In this document: piece after piece, positions 1 to 1,692 of the stretch
How the letters are laid out: each line of letters starts with the position of its first letter
Numbering within the stretch: the first letter of the stretch is position 1
DNA from: Escherichia coli
GTDB lineage: Bacteria > Pseudomonadota > Gammaproteobacteria > Enterobacterales > Enterobacteriaceae
Length of the DNA stretch: 1,692 nt
NCBI RefSeq assembly: GCF_003334815.1
Contig: NZ_QOWO01000097.1
Direction: 5' to 3' (one strand)
Position numbers and translations under genes: made by a program
Notes under the pieces: generated by a model
The model's database searches: none
Told to the model about the DNA's origin: nothing
Seen by the model: only the letters and a program-made list of their open reading frames with translations

Positions 1-23
1 GAAAAACGAGTATTTTTAGTCAT
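1..23 (-). CDS. IS3-family transposase OrfA, 5' partial (first 7 codons, M-T-K-N-T-R-F), continues beyond the window
   Basis: ATG at 23..21 on the minus strand, preceded by GAGG (Shine-Dalgarno-like) in the IS leader. Mirrors the partial CDS at 1673..1692. Confidence 0.7.
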
Positions 24-77
24 CCTGTTTACCTCTTTCTCAGGAAGTTTAGTCTCCAGGATTCCCGGGGCGGTTCA
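1..77 (-). mobile_element. IS3-family (IS629/IS1203-like) left terminus: terminal inverted repeat plus leader and start of orfA; element extends leftward out of the window
   Basis: Minus strand reads TGAACCGCCCCGGGAATCCTGGAGACTAAACTTCCTGAGAAAGAGGTAAACAGG-ATGACTAAAAATACTCGTTT, which I recognise as the IS629/IS1203 left end (IS3-family TG...CA terminus; OrfA begins MTKNTRF). Positions 4-77 are the perfect reverse complement of 1619-1692. Identification is from memory, not a database search. Confidence 0.8.
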
Positions 78-467
78 GCGCCACTGATGCAGTCACTGTA
101 TGACTGGATACAGACTCAGATGAAAACACTGTCGCGTCACTCGGATACGGCAAAAGCGTTCGCATACCTGCTGAAACAGTGGGAGGCCCTGAACGTGTAC
201 TGCAGTAATGGCTGGGTGGAAATCGACAACAACATCGCAGAGAACGCCTTACGGGGTGTGGCCGTGGGCCGGAAAAACTGGCTGTTCGCAGGTTCCGACA
301 GCGGTGGCGAACATGCGGCGGTGTTGTACTCGCTGATCGGCACATGCCGTCTGAACAATGTGGAGCCAGAAAAATGGCTGCGCTACGTCATTGAACATAT
401 CCAGGACTGGCCGGCAAACCGGGTACGCGATCTGTTGCCCTGGAAAGTTGATCTGAGCTCTCAGTAA
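78..467 (+). pseudogene. IS66-family transposase (TnpC-like), 3' fragment of about 129 codons, 5'-truncated at the IS629 junction
   Basis: Translation ...[84 protein letters not shown] carries the hallmark C-terminal motifs of IS66-family transposases ([28 protein letters not shown]). The frame stays open leftward to the IS629 end at 77/78, so the gene has lost its 5' part. TAA stop at 465-467. The Met at 87 used by the ORF track is internal, not a real start. Confidence 0.85.
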
Positions 468-469
468 AT

Positions 470-497
470 ATCAATACGGTTCTGGTGAGCCGCTTAC
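470..497 (+). mobile_element. Probable right terminal inverted repeat of the IS66-family element
   Basis: Sequence ...GGTGAGCCGCTTAC ends at 497, about 30 bp after the transposase stop. IS66-family termini are 5'-GTAAGCG...; on this strand the right end should read ...CGCTTAC-3'. The inner boundary of the repeat is not determinable without the left end. Confidence 0.55.
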
Positions 498-592
498 GCT
501 GAAATTTACACCAGATAAAAAACATACAGAAACAATCCTGTTATGTAAAATCCGGAAAAAATGTCAGAAATGTGATCAGAGTTGTGTTTTAC

Positions 593-749
593 GGAGGGGA
601 GTGCACTGCGCACGGACTAATCGGAACCTATCGGCTGAGCGATATCGATCCGGAAGCGTATCTGCCTCATATACTGAGAGTTTTGCCGGAATGGCCTTCC
701 AACCTGTTGATGAACTACCTCCATGGAACGTAGTGCTCACCAATAAATA
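593..749 (+). pseudogene. Second IS66-family transposase 3' relic, frameshifted
   Basis: One frame gives GGECTAHGLIGTYRLSDIDPEAYLPHILRVLPEWPSN, paralleling [39 protein letters not shown] in the first fragment. After about position 703 the homology continues only in the +1 frame (PVDELPPWNVVLTNK*, TAA at 747-749), paralleling [15 protein letters not shown]. This implies a 1-bp deletion. No clean ...CGCTTAC terminus follows. Confidence 0.6.
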
Positions 750-791
750 AGCGTCATGCCTAACTTAAAGTAAATAGAATAGCAGATATGC

Positions 792-1319
792 TTAATCCTT
801 TTTGTTGAGTGTCACTGGACCATAGACCATAAAAACACAAGTTGAACCAGATACTCCCCTATAACCTCCCTGTCCATCGCCGAGATAACAGGCAAGAGCA
901 GTAAATTCCCAGGCATCATCCATAGACGCAGCAATTTTGCGTGTGGTTAGTGTTTCTTTGCCATATTGCTCACCAAAGTCGTGCACGCGCCGGGCATATT
1001 CTCCAAGTGACTCGCTGACTGACGGATGGTCCCACCCCCATAACCAGGTGCTGTCTTCAGTATCGTAAGTGCCAACCACTTGAACAGGTGCTGTGACCAT
1101 GATCTCTTTTTCATCATTGGTGAAGGTGATTGTACCTGTATTAAGATCAACATCCCACGCAGCAGTATCAAGTCCCCACATTTCTATAGCGGCTTGTGTG
1201 AGTAACTGCATTTCGTTATTCGCTCGTGCAATTGTGAGATCTGGCTCTGAAAGAATTGCTGTGTTAGCACTGGAATCTTTATTCTTTCTGCCAAAAAGCT
1301 TCTTGAATAAATTAGTCAT
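792..1319 (-). CDS. Hypothetical protein, 175 aa, family not recognised; predicted soluble
   Basis: Uninterrupted minus-strand ORF. ATG at 1319..1317 is preceded by GGGAGAG with about 5-7 nt spacing. TAA stop at 794..792. The ORF track's 192-aa version begins at an upstream TTG (1370..1368) with no Shine-Dalgarno, so the ATG start is preferred. Protein: MTNLFKKLFGRKNKDSS...WDVDLNTGTITFTNDEKEIMVTAPVQVVGTYDTEDSTWLWGWDHPSV...DDAWEFTALACYLGDGQGGYRGVSGSTCVFMVYGPVTLNKKD. No long hydrophobic segment (no transmembrane helix or signal peptide evident). Confidence 0.75.
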   Translation of the reverse strand: MTNLFKKLFGRKNKDSSANTAILSEPDLTIARANNEMQLLTQAAIEMWGLDTAAWDVDLNTGTITFTNDEKEIMVTAPVQVVGTYDTEDSTWLWGWDHPSVSESLGEYARRVHDFGEQYGKETLTTRKIAASMDDAWEFTALACYLGDGQGGYRGVSGSTCVFMVYGPVTLNKKD

Positions 1320-1324
1320 TCCTA

Positions 1325-1331
1325 CTCTCCC
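1325..1331 (-). promoter_or_regulatory. Shine-Dalgarno sequence (GGGAGAG) for the 175-aa CDS
   Basis: Minus strand ...AACGGGAGAGTAGGA-ATG. Purine-rich GGAG core 5-7 nt upstream of the start codon. Confidence 0.6.
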
Positions 1332-1397
1332 GTTTTCTGCAAACACTTTGGCTGAATTATTAACGTTCAAATTTTGTCAGACATGTGTATACCCTAA

Positions 1398-1414
1398 CCT
1401 GACATCAGGCCTGA
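1398..1414. promoter_or_regulatory. Nested dyad symmetry upstream of the 175-aa gene; candidate operator or promoter-associated site
   Basis: CCTGA(1398-1402)-CA-TCAGG(1405-1409)-CCTGA(1410-1414). TCAGGCCTGA at 1405-1414 is a perfect 10-bp palindrome. Lies about 80-95 nt upstream of the ATG in an AT-rich region. A -35-like TTGAAC (minus strand, 1370..1365) and a -10-like AATAAT are nearby but not at canonical spacing. Confidence 0.3.
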
Positions 1415-1618
1415 TAATGAAAAACTATCAGAATAAAATCGTCATGAGTATTTATTGAGACAAGTAATTAAAGGTCATAGATTCATTTATGACATATTCA
1501 GGCGTGATAGCGGCATCGTGGTAGTGACTCAGTCCTTTAAACCCGCAATATAAAACGAAAAAACAGACCGTTTTTCAGAAGATTAGCGCATTTATTGAGA
1601 AGTTTAAAGGCGTGGGAG

Positions 1619-1692
1619 TGAACCGCCCCGGGAATCCTGGAGACTAAACTTCCTGAGAAAGAGGTAAACAGGATGACTAAAAATACTCGTTT
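1619..1692 (+). mobile_element. IS3-family (IS629/IS1203-like) left terminus: terminal inverted repeat plus leader and start of orfA; element extends rightward out of the window
   Basis: TGAACCGCCCCGGGAATCCTGGAGACTAAACTTCCTGAGAAAGAGGTAAACAGGATGACTAAAAATACTCGTTT. Exact reverse complement of window positions 4-77. Confidence 0.8.
1673..1692 (+). CDS. IS3-family transposase OrfA, 5' partial (M-T-K-N-T-R...), continues beyond the window
   Basis: ATG at 1673-1675, 54 nt inside the IS terminus, preceded by GAGG. Same codons as the left-hand copy. Confidence 0.7.

Noticed and set aside
1-86. Upstream extension of the IS66 transposase frame through positions 3-86
   Set aside because: The frame is open here only by chance. 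Positions 1-77 are IS629 terminus, so the IS66-derived coding sequence starts at 78.
49-358. Minus-strand ORFs 49..345 (98 aa) and 137..358 (73 aa)
   Set aside because: Both lie antisense to the strongly supported IS66-family transposase fragment, and one runs into the IS629 terminus. They look like shadow ORFs with no start context, and their translations are Arg/Ser/Pro/Cys-rich in the way antisense reads typically are.
744-756. ATAAGCGTC resembling the start of an IS66-family inverted repeat (GTAAGCG)
   Set aside because: It has a mismatch at the critical first base and no further inverted-repeat-like extension. It overlaps the relic's stop codon and is probably coincidental.
1320-1370. 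N-terminal extension of the cargo ORF to 192 aa
   Set aside because: The extended ORF begins at TTG (1370..1368) with no Shine-Dalgarno. The internal ATG at 1319 has a GGGAGAG ribosome-binding site, so the 175-aa form is preferred.
947-1458. ORFs 947..1171 (-, 74 aa, alternate frame) and 1093..1458 (+, 121 aa) overlapping the 175-aa gene
   Set aside because: They are entirely or largely inside or antisense to the 792..1319 CDS, which has the better Shine-Dalgarno and a coherent protein sequence. No independent support.
1474-1493. Hairpin GTCATA-N8-TATGAC
   Set aside because: Short AT-rich stem with no following U-tract and not positioned after a gene end, so not a credible terminator.
1540-1618. 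26-codon open frame on the minus strand entering from the right IS629 junction (possible 3' end of a truncated upstream gene)
   Set aside because: Too short to distinguish from chance and no recognisable motif. Noted only because a lost partner gene for the 175-aa protein is possible.
1-1692. CRISPR arrays, tRNA or rRNA genes
   Set aside because: No regularly spaced repeats of 25-40 bp and nothing resembling a tRNA cloverleaf or rRNA sequence was seen.

Overview
This 1,692-bp window is a 1.54-kb segment bracketed by two inverted copies of the left end of an IS3-family insertion sequence (IS629/IS1203-like), both reading outward. Positions 4-77 are the exact reverse complement of 1619-1692. 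Inside the bracket, reading left to right: (i) the 3' portion of an IS66-family transposase gene, cut at its 5' side by the left IS629 copy and ending in an IS66-type right terminus (...CGCTTAC at 491-497); (ii) a second, older IS66-family transposase 3' relic carrying a frameshift (about 593-749); (iii) one intact-looking gene on the minus strand (792-1319, 175 aa, good Shine-Dalgarno) encoding a protein I cannot assign to any known family; (iv) an AT-rich, ORF-free region (1320-1618) with nested dyad symmetry upstream of that gene. No rRNA, tRNA or CRISPR array is visible. The only candidate for anything new is the orphan 175-aa gene trapped among IS debris, and its function cannot be deduced from sequence alone. 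All family assignments are from recognising conserved motifs by eye; no database search was run.
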